Assembly: GCA_048938105.1 (NCBI GenBank)
Contig: JBHLMN010000021.1
Span: forward strand, 1-41,598
Direction of reading: 5' to 3'
DNA: 41,598 nt
Source of the DNA: Promethearchaeota archaeon
Lineage (GTDB): Archaea > Asgardarchaeota > Heimdallarchaeia > Hodarchaeales > Hodarchaeaceae
The notes beneath the pieces are model-generated. The model did no database searches and was not told where the DNA came from. It saw nothing but the letters and a program-made list of their open reading frames with translations. Below, piece after piece: positions 8,866 to 18,354 of the stretch. The translations under genes and the position numbers were made by a program. Every line of letters starts with the position of its first letter. The stretch's first letter is position 1.

Positions 8866-10344
8866 TTGGCTATTCCACAAATTCAGGTAAATAAATTAAC
8901 TTTCTACTATAAAAACTCTGATAGAGCTGCCTTAGCTGACATTAATCTAGAGATCAATGAAGGGGAAATAATTTGTGTTACAGGATCTAGTGGGGGAGGT
9001 AAAACTACTCTTGGAATGGCTCTTTCAGGTCACATCCCCCACACAATCGCAGGAGATATATGGGGGGAGGTTATTTTTCAAGGAGTTCCAAGTTCTGATC
9101 TTTCGATCACCGACATTAGCCAGTTCATAGGACTTGTCCAACAAGATCCAGAAAACCAACTTGTAACTTCCTCTATTCTTGAAGAAATTGCTTTCGGCCC
9201 AGAGAACTTAGTTCTACCTAGGAAAGAAATTCTCCAGCGTGTTCATAATAGTTTAGAAACAATGGATTTAATATCACTAGCTTCTAGATCTACTAATGAG
9301 TTGTCTGGTGGAGAAAAACAACGCGTTGCTATTGCATCAATCCTTGCTATGTATCCTCAAGTTCTAGTTCTTGATGAGCCAACTTCTTTCTTAGATGTTC
9401 AAAGTATTAAGAATCTCATACTCACGTTAAAGAGACTAAATCGAAATAGGAAGTTAACAATCATAATTATAGAACACAAACCCTACTTATTTAGAGAAAT
9501 CATTCATAAATTAATCATTCTCGAACAGGGGGAAATTGTTGGCCAATTCAGTAAACCTGAAATCAATTTTAAACATTTGGAGATTCCTCGAAAAGTTCTT
9601 ACTGATATTCAGCAAATTCAAATAAAAAAACCTACAGAGAGTATTTTGGAAATTCATAAGCTCAATGTAAAGCTCAAAAATCATGAAATATTAAGAAAAA
9701 TCTCATTACAATTAAAAAGAGGGTTAATTTATGCAATTGTTGGACCCAATGGAGCTGGAAAAACCACACTACTACATTCTTTTCTAAATATTATTCCTAG
9801 TAATGGAAATATTTTATACGATGGTAAAAAAATATCAAAAATGCCTGTTCACAAATTAGCTAGAGATTTCGGACTGATTTTTCAAAATCCAAATCATCAA
9901 ATCTTTGAAAAATCTGTTCTTAATGAAGTAATCTTTGCTCCGAAAAATTTCAAACAACCTTTAGACGAGGTTATTCCTAAAGCAAAACTATTACTGAAAG
10001 ATGCAATCTTAGACTCTTATATAGAAAATCCCCCATTTAGTTTAAGCTATGGTGAAAAGCGGCGCTTGAACATTTGTTCAATTTTAATTTATAAACCAGA
10101 TCTTTTATTACTTGATGAACCATTTATCGGACAGGATCGCGCAAATGTTGAATATTTACTCCAGCTATTAAAAGAAAGAAAGCTAAAGGGAGGTACAACA
10201 GTAATAGTGTCTCATCGGAGAGAATTATATGATTTAGTGGATTATTTCTTTGTTCTGGATAAGGGAGAGTTAGTGGCTCAAGGAAGACCAGAAGAAATTA
10301 TCACATATCTTCGTGAGAATAATATCATCGGATTTGTTCCCTAA
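8866..10344 (+). CDS. ecfA: ECF transporter ATPase with fused duplicated ABC domains (EcfA-A')
   Basis: Two Walker A motifs (GSSGGGKT, GPNGAGKT), ECF Q-helices QDPENQL / QNPNHQIF, LSGGE / LSYGE signatures and LDEP motifs. Confidence 0.92.
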   Translation: MAIPQIQVNKLTFYYKNSDRAALADINLEINEGEIICVTGSSGGGKTTLGMALSGHIPHTIAGDIWGEVIFQGVPSSDLSITDISQFIGLVQQDPENQLVTSSILEEIAFGPENLVLPRKEILQRVHNSLETMDLISLASRSTNELSGGEKQRVAIASILAMYPQVLVLDEPTSFLDVQSIKNLILTLKRLNRNRKLTIIIIEHKPYLFREIIHKLIILEQGEIVGQFSKPEINFKHLEIPRKVLTDIQQIQIKKPTESILEIHKLNVKLKNHEILRKISLQLKRGLIYAIVGPNGAGKTTLLHSFLNIIPSNGNILYDGKKISKMPVHKLARDFGLIFQNPNHQIFEKSVLNEVIFAPKNFKQPLDEVIPKAKLLLKDAILDSYIENPPFSLSYGEKRRLNICSILIYKPDLLLLDEPFIGQDRANVEYLLQLLKERKLKGGTTVIVSHRRELYDLVDYFFVLDKGELVAQGRPEEIITYLRENNIIGFVP

Positions 10345-11126
10345 TGAAAGATGAAGGAGATATATTTTTGGAAAAAGACCAAAAAATTAGTACGAATCCC
10401 CTAGTGAAATTTTTTGTAGTAATTCTGGTTTCGTTAATTCTATTTGGAAGTTCAGAGATAATTAAAATCTATTGTATCGTCTTTGCTATTGTTACCATTT
10501 ATTTATTTGGAGGATTAACACTTAATGTAGCTAAACCTAGGTACAAAATGATATTTTTCTTTTCATTCACTATCTTCTTAGTGCAAATTCTATTTGTTCA
10601 TAGGGGAGATCTAGTTATTCATCTTATACCATCATTTGGAAATTATGGGCCGTTTTTCCCAGTATATGAAGAAGGGATTTATCAGGGATTAATCATTATC
10701 GGACGTTTTTGGGGATTAATTTCAATCAGTTGGGTCTTTATTAATTCGACTAATCCTTTTGATTTTGCTCAATCCTTAACAAAAATTGGAGTACCTTATC
10801 GTTTTGCATATTCATTGTCATTAGCCTTACGATTTGCTCCAGTCTTTAGTATAGAAACTAATATCATTCAGAATGCACAGCAAGCACGAGGATTAAATGT
10901 CAATCCCAATAATATACGAGGAATCATGAACTTACTTCAGTACACATTAATTCCTATGATTAGCTCAACTCTCAATCGCATACGTGATATCACAATCAGT
11001 ATGGATGGTCGTGCGTTTGGCTGCTATTCCACTAGAAGCTATATCAAAGATATTCCTTTTACATTAAAAGATTGGATTAAATTAGTAATTGTAACTAGTT
11101 TCTTAATGATTTTCAGTATTCTTTAA
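10344..11126 (+). CDS. ecfT: ECF transporter transmembrane T component
   Basis: LALRFAP, AQQARG and MDGRAF (the two X-R-X coupling motifs); TAATG overlap with ecfA. Confidence 0.92.
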   Translation: MKDEGDIFLEKDQKISTNPLVKFFVVILVSLILFGSSEIIKIYCIVFAIVTIYLFGGLTLNVAKPRYKMIFFFSFTIFLVQILFVHRGDLVIHLIPSFGNYGPFFPVYEEGIYQGLIIIGRFWGLISISWVFINSTNPFDFAQSLTKIGVPYRFAYSLSLALRFAPVFSIETNIIQNAQQARGLNVNPNNIRGIMNLLQYTLIPMISSTLNRIRDITISMDGRAFGCYSTRSYIKDIPFTLKDWIKLVIVTSFLMIFSIL

Positions 11127-11181
11127 ACTTTAAATGGTAAAAATAAAGTTATTAAAATTATGTTAAACTTAGTGGGTATTG

Positions 11182-11919
11182 ATGGCTCAGGATCAATTTT
11201 ATTCTGAAAGACCTATAGTTCATCAACATATTGTTCTTATACAAATTGATGAACTGTTTTGCCATGAGGAGGTTGTACGGAGCCAAGTGGAATGGTTAAA
11301 AAATAACCTAAAAAAACTTGGATATTTTTTCCGACCAATTTTGATAGCAAAACACGAGAATGTTGTTCTAGACGGTCATCATAGATTAGTCGCACTCAAA
11401 GAACTGGGTGAAGAAAGAAAAATAGAAACAATTAAGATTCCATGTGTTGAAATTGAATATATCGATAATCCTGATATTACACTTGGTACATGGCATCCAA
11501 TTTACACTGATAAAGAATCGTTTCCCTTTCCAGCAGAATTTCAGAAAATTGGGATAAAATGGAAAAAATTGCAATCTTTCTCACGAAGTATATTAAATAA
11601 TCCCCAATACGGTTTCACGCTTAAAACAAAGGATGGTAACTATTTTAGCTTAAAGGGAACACAACAGGATATTTATAAAAAGTTTCTCAAACATTTTGAT
11701 CCAGAAGGTTTTGAATATGCTAAAACTCTCGAGTATGCGATCCAATCTGTTGACACTGGCCGAGCAACATTTGCGCTCTTGCGAACAAGAGTCACCAAAC
11801 AGGATGTTATTAGAACAGCTAAAAGTGAGAAGCTTTATGCGCCTAAAACAACACGCCATATTCTTTCGTTTCGGTACCAAGACATTAAGGTCCCTTTAGA
11901 AACTTTATTTGAATCTTAA
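11182..11919 (+). CDS. serK: SerK-like free L-serine kinase (ParB/Srx fold)
   Basis: Motif order CHEE, DGHHR, TWHP, APKTTRH and C-terminal VPLETLF, and a length of about 245 aa, match Thermococcus SerK as I recall it. Confidence 0.8.
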   Translation: MAQDQFYSERPIVHQHIVLIQIDELFCHEEVVRSQVEWLKNNLKKLGYFFRPILIAKHENVVLDGHHRLVALKELGEERKIETIKIPCVEIEYIDNPDITLGTWHPIYTDKESFPFPAEFQKIGIKWKKLQSFSRSILNNPQYGFTLKTKDGNYFSLKGTQQDIYKKFLKHFDPEGFEYAKTLEYAIQSVDTGRATFALLRTRVTKQDVIRTAKSEKLYAPKTTRHILSFRYQDIKVPLETLFES

Positions 11920-11973
11920 CTTTCTTTTATCTTGATACTAATTAACCTATTGCATTATTTGGAGATTTGGAAA

Positions 11974-12561
11974 TTGGAAATTGATTTAATACAAATTACA
12001 CCGTTAACAGGAATTGTTGAAGGAATGAAGACATCTCGTCGTAAGGATCATATCGAAAGAATTCCAGAGAAAATCTTCAAGTGGGGACATTGGTCTGTCT
12101 TGGAACACTCTTCTATGACTGTAAGAATAAGAGAGATCAGCCGAGCTTGCACACACCAGTTAGTTCGCCATCGAATCGGAGTAACATTTACTCAAGAGTC
12201 TCAACGTTATTTCGATCCTTTAAAGGATCCCAATTGGTATGTCATCCCTCCAAGAATTGAAAAGAAACCTGAATTAAAACAAATTTATATTAAAGCACGA
12301 GAAAGAGAAGCAGATGAATATCGTAATTATCGAGAATCAGGAATTCCAAAAGAAGATGCTCGTTTTTGCCTTCCAAATGCATGTAAGACAACCGTAACTT
12401 GGACATTCAATATGAATAGCCTTATTTGGTTTTTAGAACAACGTTTAAAGAAAGATGCGCAATGGGAAATTAGAATGCTCGCGCAGATGCTTTATGATTT
12501 AGTAATGACTACACCTTGGAAAGAATTTATGCAATATTGGAGACCTGAGACAAGACGATGA
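11974..12561 (+). CDS. thyX: Flavin-dependent thymidylate synthase ThyX
   Basis: GHWSVLEH, SRACTHQLVRHR, TQESQRY, EDARFCLP, AQWEIR. TTG 11974, after GGAG at 11961, is preferred as start. Confidence 0.95.
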   Translation: MEIDLIQITPLTGIVEGMKTSRRKDHIERIPEKIFKWGHWSVLEHSSMTVRIREISRACTHQLVRHRIGVTFTQESQRYFDPLKDPNWYVIPPRIEKKPELKQIYIKAREREADEYRNYRESGIPKEDARFCLPNACKTTVTWTFNMNSLIWFLEQRLKKDAQWEIRMLAQMLYDLVMTTPWKEFMQYWRPETRR

Positions 12562-12660
12562 GAAAATAAGTCTAGAAATACAGTTTATCGGATTATATTC
12601 ACGTTAATACTACTTAAACGCTTAGAAATAAAAAAAAAGGGAAAAGAAAGATTATTCTTT

Positions 12661-13599
12661 TTATCTTTTCCTTTTACCAATAAATCTAAAGGCAAAAACA
12701 CTAGTAACTGCGGCCAAGATCATTATGGGAAACTCGAACGCGTGAGTGACTCCTGGAAGAAGCCCACCTCCTGTTGCTCCAAGACTGACAGCCTTATTCT
12801 GAAGTAGCTTACCATATTCATAGGTGATCTTCTCATATGAAGCTTTTCTGGTTTGGGTGGCTTTTTTTAGTGTTCCTCCATTAGTGAATTCAATTTCCCA
12901 GCTTAGCTCGTAAGAATCATATTCCCTATATCTATTATCTTCCGCATCCCAATAAAATATATTGCCATCGAATACAAACTTACCATTCCATTTATGAGTA
13001 GTCTCTGTAAAAGCATCCAAACCCTCATTTAAATCGCTTTTACCCATCAATGTGAAAGTCTCTGTGTCACGTTCGAAATCTTTAATATCAACCTTCTCAC
13101 CAGCAGCATCCCAAGCTTCGTACTCCCATTCATCTATTGTGTCAGCAAGATTATCATTAATGTCTTTCCAATCAGGATCAATGAAATAAACAGAAAATGT
13201 GTCCATTGGACCGGAGATATAAACTAATTTATACTCATCATCATCGAAAGTATAAGAGGGTCTGAAAATCATTCTATTGATTGTAATGTCCGTGCTAATA
13301 TTCATAGTATAGATGTCATCCTCACCTGTATCATCCCAATATCTGAACTCTAGTTCATCACCACTGATATCTTCGATTTCTAAGTAGCTATTCCTTTGAT
13401 CAAGTTGATAAATTCCATTTTCTCTATCGTTACCGATATCAATCATTTCTTTCCAAGTCTCCTGATATCCAAAGACGAGTTCATCGCCCTCATCATAATC
13501 AGGGGTTTCAGCAGCTGTAATTGGATTTGGAACCATTAATAGCAATAAGAAAGTAACAGAAATAAATAATCCAATCTTAGTTAATCGTTTCATTTCCAT
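12661..13599 (-). CDS. Acidic secreted surface protein with C-terminal sorting/anchor signal
   Basis: Signal peptide; D/E-rich body; C-terminus LPGVTHAFEFP, then TM helix, then KRKR; T-rich terminator downstream. Confidence 0.85.
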   Translation of the reverse strand: MEMKRLTKIGLFISVTFLLLLMVPNPITAAETPDYDEGDELVFGYQETWKEMIDIGNDRENGIYQLDQRNSYLEIEDISGDELEFRYWDDTGEDDIYTMNISTDITINRMIFRPSYTFDDDEYKLVYISGPMDTFSVYFIDPDWKDINDNLADTIDEWEYEAWDAAGEKVDIKDFERDTETFTLMGKSDLNEGLDAFTETTHKWNGKFVFDGNIFYWDAEDNRYREYDSYELSWEIEFTNGGTLKKATQTRKASYEKITYEYGKLLQNKAVSLGATGGGLLPGVTHAFEFPIMILAAVTSVFAFRFIGKRKR

Positions 13600-13789
13600 A
13601 TCTCCTTTATTTTGTTTGTTAAATTGTTTTTATATCCTTTTTTCTCTTTAGTTCAATATAATGATTTGATTTATTTAACAATAGAATCTTTTATTAAAAT
13701 TTTATGTAAGTTGTGTATCGATTTTATATTAAAAATCTAGAGCTAGCGATGATGGAAGAGATTAAAATAAATAAAAAGGAGGGAAAAAC

Positions 13790-13942
13790 TCACTTGCTTC
13801 TTCTTTCACAGATAAATTTCGAAACTATAATACTAGAAACAGCTACAAGGATCAATATGGGAAATTCAAAAGCATAAGCGACACCTAGAATGAGATCACT
13901 AGCGAAAGTCCCACTATTGATAGTCTTATTTTATGGGAGTTT
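13790..13942 (-). pseudogene. 3' remnant of a paralogue of the 12661-13599 surface protein
   Basis: Translates to KLP*NKTINSGTFASDLILGVAYAFEFPILILVAVSSIIVSKFICERRSK*, colinear with KLLQNKAVSLGATGGGLLPGVTHAFEFPIMILAAVTSVFAFRFIGKRKR. No 5' part remains and there is one internal stop. Confidence 0.85.
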
Positions 13943-13983
13943 AGTAACAATGAATGAAAGTCAAAAGTGTTTATATCTGCTTC

Positions 13984-15291
13984 TTAGTTTTTACTGTATA
14001 CTCCTTTTACAAAGATTAATGTCCCAATAATAAAAAAACCTATTCCAATTAGAAATAGTAACATCAAATCTAAGAAGATTTGATTTATTTCCAGATTAAG
14101 TATCAAAATTTTCCGATATACCTCCCCAGCCGAGAAGAACGGGTTTAGATGCCATAATTGGATCTCACCGATCAGAGTAATTCTTGGTAGAGGAATAAAA
14201 CCACCTGTTAAGAAAGAGAGCGGAATTGCAATAAGACCAGGCAAATATGTTGCCATTTTACCTCCAAGGAACGCAGCAATTCCTAAACTTATAGCTAGAA
14301 GGGGTAACACAGCTAAAATACTTACAAGAATGACAATAAAGGCTTGGTAACTTCCTTGGAATGGAAAACCTAGAAAATAAATAGTAATGATAACACATAT
14401 CATTGTCATTAGAGTTGAAATGATTTGGGTAATTGAAAGGCTGAATAAAAAAGATAAGGAGGGGAAATTACTTAATTTTAACCTATCAATCGTACCTTGC
14501 TCTTGCTCATAGCCAATAATACCAGCAACACCAGTACTAGATGTAATTAACACAAAGATCAAGAATGCTGGGATATAAATATCAAATTCTGTAAAAACGA
14601 GAGTAGAAACAGATTCATAATCCACGGAAAGTCTTGCTGGCGAATCAAGACCTATAACCCAAAATTTGTCTAGAAAAGAATTAAGCATCTCTTGTAATAG
14701 TGTTGTTGCTTCAGTGAAACGAGCATAGGAATAATCTCCCAATAATTCTATATCTGCTACTGAATAAAAATATTCAGTAGTATTTAACAAGAGCTTTCCT
14801 TCGGTGACATTTATTCGATGATTCAATCCCGCAATTAATGTTTGTGAAAAATTATTTGGTATTACAAAGCACAGACTGATAAAGCGACTTTGAACTGCTT
14901 TACTTGCGTCATCTAAATTAATATAAGAAATAACAGAAAATCGACGTGTGTCATTCTCGGATAATAGTATGTTTGAATTGTTTATATTCTCAATAAAAAA
15001 GGAACCAAATCCATTATGAAGAATATCTCCTGACAAACTGTTTTCCGCCATATAGTAACTTAATTGAGATCGAAGTGTGGAATTTAATTTTGGATCTTTA
15101 TCCTGATTAATGACACCAATTTTATAATGATCTCCGGTATCCCCGATGATAACAAACGAACTTTGATCTCCGTAAAGAAATGCAATTCCTACAATAAATA
15201 GAACAGGTATTAAAAATATTATACTCATTCTTTCTACATTTCTACCTGTTTGTTTTAAACATTTTAATGTGTAAAGAATTATTTTATACAT
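13984..15291 (-). CDS. ABC-2 type exporter permease
   Basis: N-terminal TM, large extracellular loop (KIGVINQD...IPNNFS), EQEQGTIDRL, FLTGGFIP, five C-terminal TMs. Confidence 0.9.
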   Translation of the reverse strand: MYKIILYTLKCLKQTGRNVERMSIIFLIPVLFIVGIAFLYGDQSSFVIIGDTGDHYKIGVINQDKDPKLNSTLRSQLSYYMAENSLSGDILHNGFGSFFIENINNSNILLSENDTRRFSVISYINLDDASKAVQSRFISLCFVIPNNFSQTLIAGLNHRINVTEGKLLLNTTEYFYSVADIELLGDYSYARFTEATTLLQEMLNSFLDKFWVIGLDSPARLSVDYESVSTLVFTEFDIYIPAFLIFVLITSSTGVAGIIGYEQEQGTIDRLKLSNFPSLSFLFSLSITQIISTLMTMICVIITIYFLGFPFQGSYQAFIVILVSILAVLPLLAISLGIAAFLGGKMATYLPGLIAIPLSFLTGGFIPLPRITLIGEIQLWHLNPFFSAGEVYRKILILNLEINQIFLDLMLLFLIGIGFFIIGTLIFVKGVYSKN

Positions 15292-15298
15292 TTTCTCA

Positions 15299-16681
15299 TC
15301 AACCCCTTTTTTTAAACCGTAAATAACTAAATAATACGATAGAAAAAACCAAATAAATAAAAGAAAGAAACAGACTCATTAAGATATCTGGTAGTATAAG
15401 CTGAAACTCAAAATCATATAGCAACACTTGACGTAAAGCATTCGCAGTATGAGTCAGAGGTATAAGATCCCACAAGAGAAAATCTCGTGGATAACCACTC
15501 GCAGTTGGGAAAATTGTTGGAATGAGAATTATTTTTGGCGTTTCAATGAATGCTCCGCTCATGAATGCAATAAATGGTGCACCAAAACCTAGTACATTCC
15601 CTACAACATCTTCGTTCGATAAAAAAGCAGTGGAAATATAGACGAGGAATAGACAGAATGGGAAAATTGTTAAGGCAATCAAAAACCCAATAAGAATATC
15701 TCCTTTAGGGTTAAATCCTAACATCAAGCTAGTTAAGAATAGAATTATCGTTTGGCCTACCATGACTGGTACTTGTATTAAAATTGAACCAATGATGTAT
15801 GTTACCCCTGAGGAGGGGGCCAAGCGAATACGATCGAAGGTCGTATTATTAGGTTTGAATTCTAGGCAAAAAAACATTGAAATCAATGATGGTTGAACAA
15901 TTATTCCAAAAGCAATTAAACCAGGAATAGACAATTCGAATAGGGAGTATTTTGGGATAGAAATTTCATACTCTTTATTCATTCTTATTGAAATACTTCC
16001 ACCAGGCCCTTTGAATGTTGTTGTGAGATCTTGATATTCATGAATTACGATTGAGAGTACTGATTTTGCCATTTTAAAGTTAAAATAGCTTTCATCTCCT
16101 ATTAAACGGATTGTATCGTTAATATTTGTTGGTAAATCAGGGAAAGAAGGAAAATCTACCTGTATCATTTCATGAAGATAAAATCCAAAAGTATTATGCC
16201 AGTATTTGTTCAAGATTGAAAGAGTTGTATTAGAGAAATTAGAACCAAGAACAATTAAAATATCTAAATCTCGTTTATACAATTTATTAATTGCATCAGA
16301 TTCTTTTTCAAATTGAGTCATATCAAATATATGTGGGGCATTGGTAATGTTACTATATGTTAAATTAGTAAGAATATCAATGAATTCGCTCCCAAATCCC
16401 TTTTCAAGAACCTCAAAACTGTGATACTGAGTAAAAGAAGAATTTCCCATTATGGTTTCATTATGGAAGAAAGATTTGATGTCATCACCTAGTCCTGCAT
16501 CTTGATTAATTACACCTACTAAAAACGTTTGACTTTCTCCAACAGGGGATGTTGAAAATCCAATCCAATACAATCCAATAAAAAATAATGGATATAATAT
16601 TAAATACGGTATGGTCCATTTACTTCGAAGTAATTGCAGTCCCATTCGTTGTGCTATCCCAAGAATTTGTGTTAATGACAT
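15299..16681 (-). CDS. ABC-2 type exporter permease
   Basis: Same architecture (VGVINQD, TFDRIRLAP, FMSGAFI, PLTHTANALR). Confidence 0.9.
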   Translation of the reverse strand: MSLTQILGIAQRMGLQLLRSKWTIPYLILYPLFFIGLYWIGFSTSPVGESQTFLVGVINQDAGLGDDIKSFFHNETIMGNSSFTQYHSFEVLEKGFGSEFIDILTNLTYSNITNAPHIFDMTQFEKESDAINKLYKRDLDILIVLGSNFSNTTLSILNKYWHNTFGFYLHEMIQVDFPSFPDLPTNINDTIRLIGDESYFNFKMAKSVLSIVIHEYQDLTTTFKGPGGSISIRMNKEYEISIPKYSLFELSIPGLIAFGIIVQPSLISMFFCLEFKPNNTTFDRIRLAPSSGVTYIIGSILIQVPVMVGQTIILFLTSLMLGFNPKGDILIGFLIALTIFPFCLFLVYISTAFLSNEDVVGNVLGFGAPFIAFMSGAFIETPKIILIPTIFPTASGYPRDFLLWDLIPLTHTANALRQVLLYDFEFQLILPDILMSLFLSFIYLVFSIVLFSYLRFKKRG

Positions 16682-16693
16682 TACGAAATCCTC

Positions 16694-17650
16694 TTAATCA
16701 CGTAGAGCACGACCAGTTAAATTAATGAAGACATCTTCAAGTGATGTGCTTCGAATAGACATATTTTCGACCTCCCAACCTTGAGTTTCGATGAAATTTA
16801 ATATGCGAGTCAATCGTGAAACGACATCAAGCGCTCGGATGATAATTAAGCCACTAGAAACATATGCATCCTCAATGCCATTAAAGGTCTTTAATGCTTT
16901 AACTAAATCATCTAAATTATCCCTTCTATTTAAAGTGAATTCAGCTAAATCACCTTCACCAATCGAGGCTTTCAATTTCTTAGGTGTGTCTAAAACTAAG
17001 ATTTTCCCCTGATCAATAATTGCCACACGGTCGCTTAAACGATCTGCTTCCTCCATATAGTGAGTTGTTAAAATTAAAGTTTTGCCTTGGTTTGGGAGTT
17101 CTTTTAGTACTTCCCAAACTGCAACACGTGATTGAGGATCTAATCCAGGAGTAGGTTCATCACATAATATAATTTTTGGATCATGAATTAATCCTAGGAT
17201 TAAGTTTAATCTTCGTTGTAATCCACCGGATAATGTCCGAACCAAATGCTTACGTTTCTCAGTTAAGCCTACTTTAGCAATTAAAAAATCTATACGTTCT
17301 TTGGCTTCATTCTTTGGGATATCATACATTTTCGCTAAAAACCATAGGTTTTCTTCAACTGTTAGATCATCATAAAAAGTAAGGGATTGAGGAATGATCC
17401 CCAGTTCACGTTTCAGTTCTTTTCCATTCTTGTGAGGATCTTGCCCCATAATTGATATTGTTCCAGCATCTGGCCTTAAAAGACCAATAATCATCCTCAA
17501 GCTAGTTGTTTTACCCGCACCATTTGGGCCTAAAAAGCCAAAAATCTCATTCTCACGAATTTCAAGGGAGATACCATCGACAGCTTTTACTAATTTATCC
17601 CCTTTACCAAAATATTTCTTTAGGTTACTCACTTCAATGATATTGGCCAT
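16694..17650 (-). CDS. ABC exporter ATP-binding protein (DrrA/CcmA-like)
   Basis: GPNGAGKTT, LSGG, CDEPTPGLD, TTHYMEEA, SLEDVF..LTG. Confidence 0.95.
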   Translation of the reverse strand: MANIIEVSNLKKYFGKGDKLVKAVDGISLEIRENEIFGFLGPNGAGKTTSLRMIIGLLRPDAGTISIMGQDPHKNGKELKRELGIIPQSLTFYDDLTVEENLWFLAKMYDIPKNEAKERIDFLIAKVGLTEKRKHLVRTLSGGLQRRLNLILGLIHDPKIILCDEPTPGLDPQSRVAVWEVLKELPNQGKTLILTTHYMEEADRLSDRVAIIDQGKILVLDTPKKLKASIGEGDLAEFTLNRRDNLDDLVKALKTFNGIEDAYVSSGLIIIRALDVVSRLTRILNFIETQGWEVENMSIRSTSLEDVFINLTGRALRD

Positions 17651-17656
17651 CAGTTA

Positions 17657-18184
17657 TCATTTTCCTCCAGTAACATTAAATTCTGGGAATTTTTCTTTAA
17701 AGAAAGTCAGTGTATATTCAAGTAACTGAACATATGCATTATAACCAAAGATTTGTTCTTCGAGAACTTGGTTCAAAGTAGGATCTGAATCTTGGCACTT
17801 GTCCAATAATTGCTGTAAATCTTTAATACAGAGGTTTGTTTTATTAATAAAACCTTCAAAAATTTTTACAATCATCTCTGTTCCTGGTGTCCCCCGATAT
17901 GTATATCCAGTTTTATGAGTACCTTCTTTCAAAACAGTACCATACTTCTCATTTATCCGGATTGCTCTATTAATGGAAGAAACCGATGTTGGATATTTTT
18001 TTCTATCTGAGAAAAGGTCTGTTAGTCTTTTCGCAATAGTTCTTTGAGTCCATGGATGACCATTTAGATCTTGTGGTTCTAAAAGAAATAAAGTATCTAT
18101 CCAACCACAAAGCCCAGGAATACCGTATTCTTCATAATATTCAGCGAATATATTATATAGCTGTGCCCTTAACGGATTGATCAT
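17657..18184 (-). CDS. GbsR/MarR-like winged-helix transcriptional regulator heading the ABC operon
   Basis: YGIPGLCGWI..LFLLE, an HTH-like TQRTIAKRL...SVSSINRAIR segment, a wing and a C-terminal coiled coil; first gene of the exporter operon. Confidence 0.65.
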   Translation of the reverse strand: MINPLRAQLYNIFAEYYEEYGIPGLCGWIDTLFLLEPQDLNGHPWTQRTIAKRLTDLFSDRKKYPTSVSSINRAIRINEKYGTVLKEGTHKTGYTYRGTPGTEMIVKIFEGFINKTNLCIKDLQQLLDKCQDSDPTLNQVLEEQIFGYNAYVQLLEYTLTFFKEKFPEFNVTGGK

Positions 18185-18260
18185 TTAAATCAAAACTGCC
18201 AATTAAAGAAAATATAAGAAATATACTATATAAAATACTTATATTAATATATTTTAAAGA

Positions 18261-18300
18261 TTTCCATTTTCTGAAATTCAAAATTCCAAAATTTTGCAAT
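18261..18300. promoter_or_regulatory. Imperfect palindromes upstream of the regulator/ABC operon (putative operators)
   Basis: TTTCCATTTTCTGAAA (18261-18276) and ATTCCAAAATTTTGCAAT (18283-18300). Confidence 0.35.
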
Positions 18301-18354
18301 AAAAGTAGAAAAGGAATAAAGAATTGTTTAAAAGAAAAAATAGAAGAGGGAGGA

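Noticed and set aside
11182-11919. ParB chromosome-partition protein
   Set aside because: No HTH or ParA partner; the TWHP and PKTTRH motifs fit SerK.
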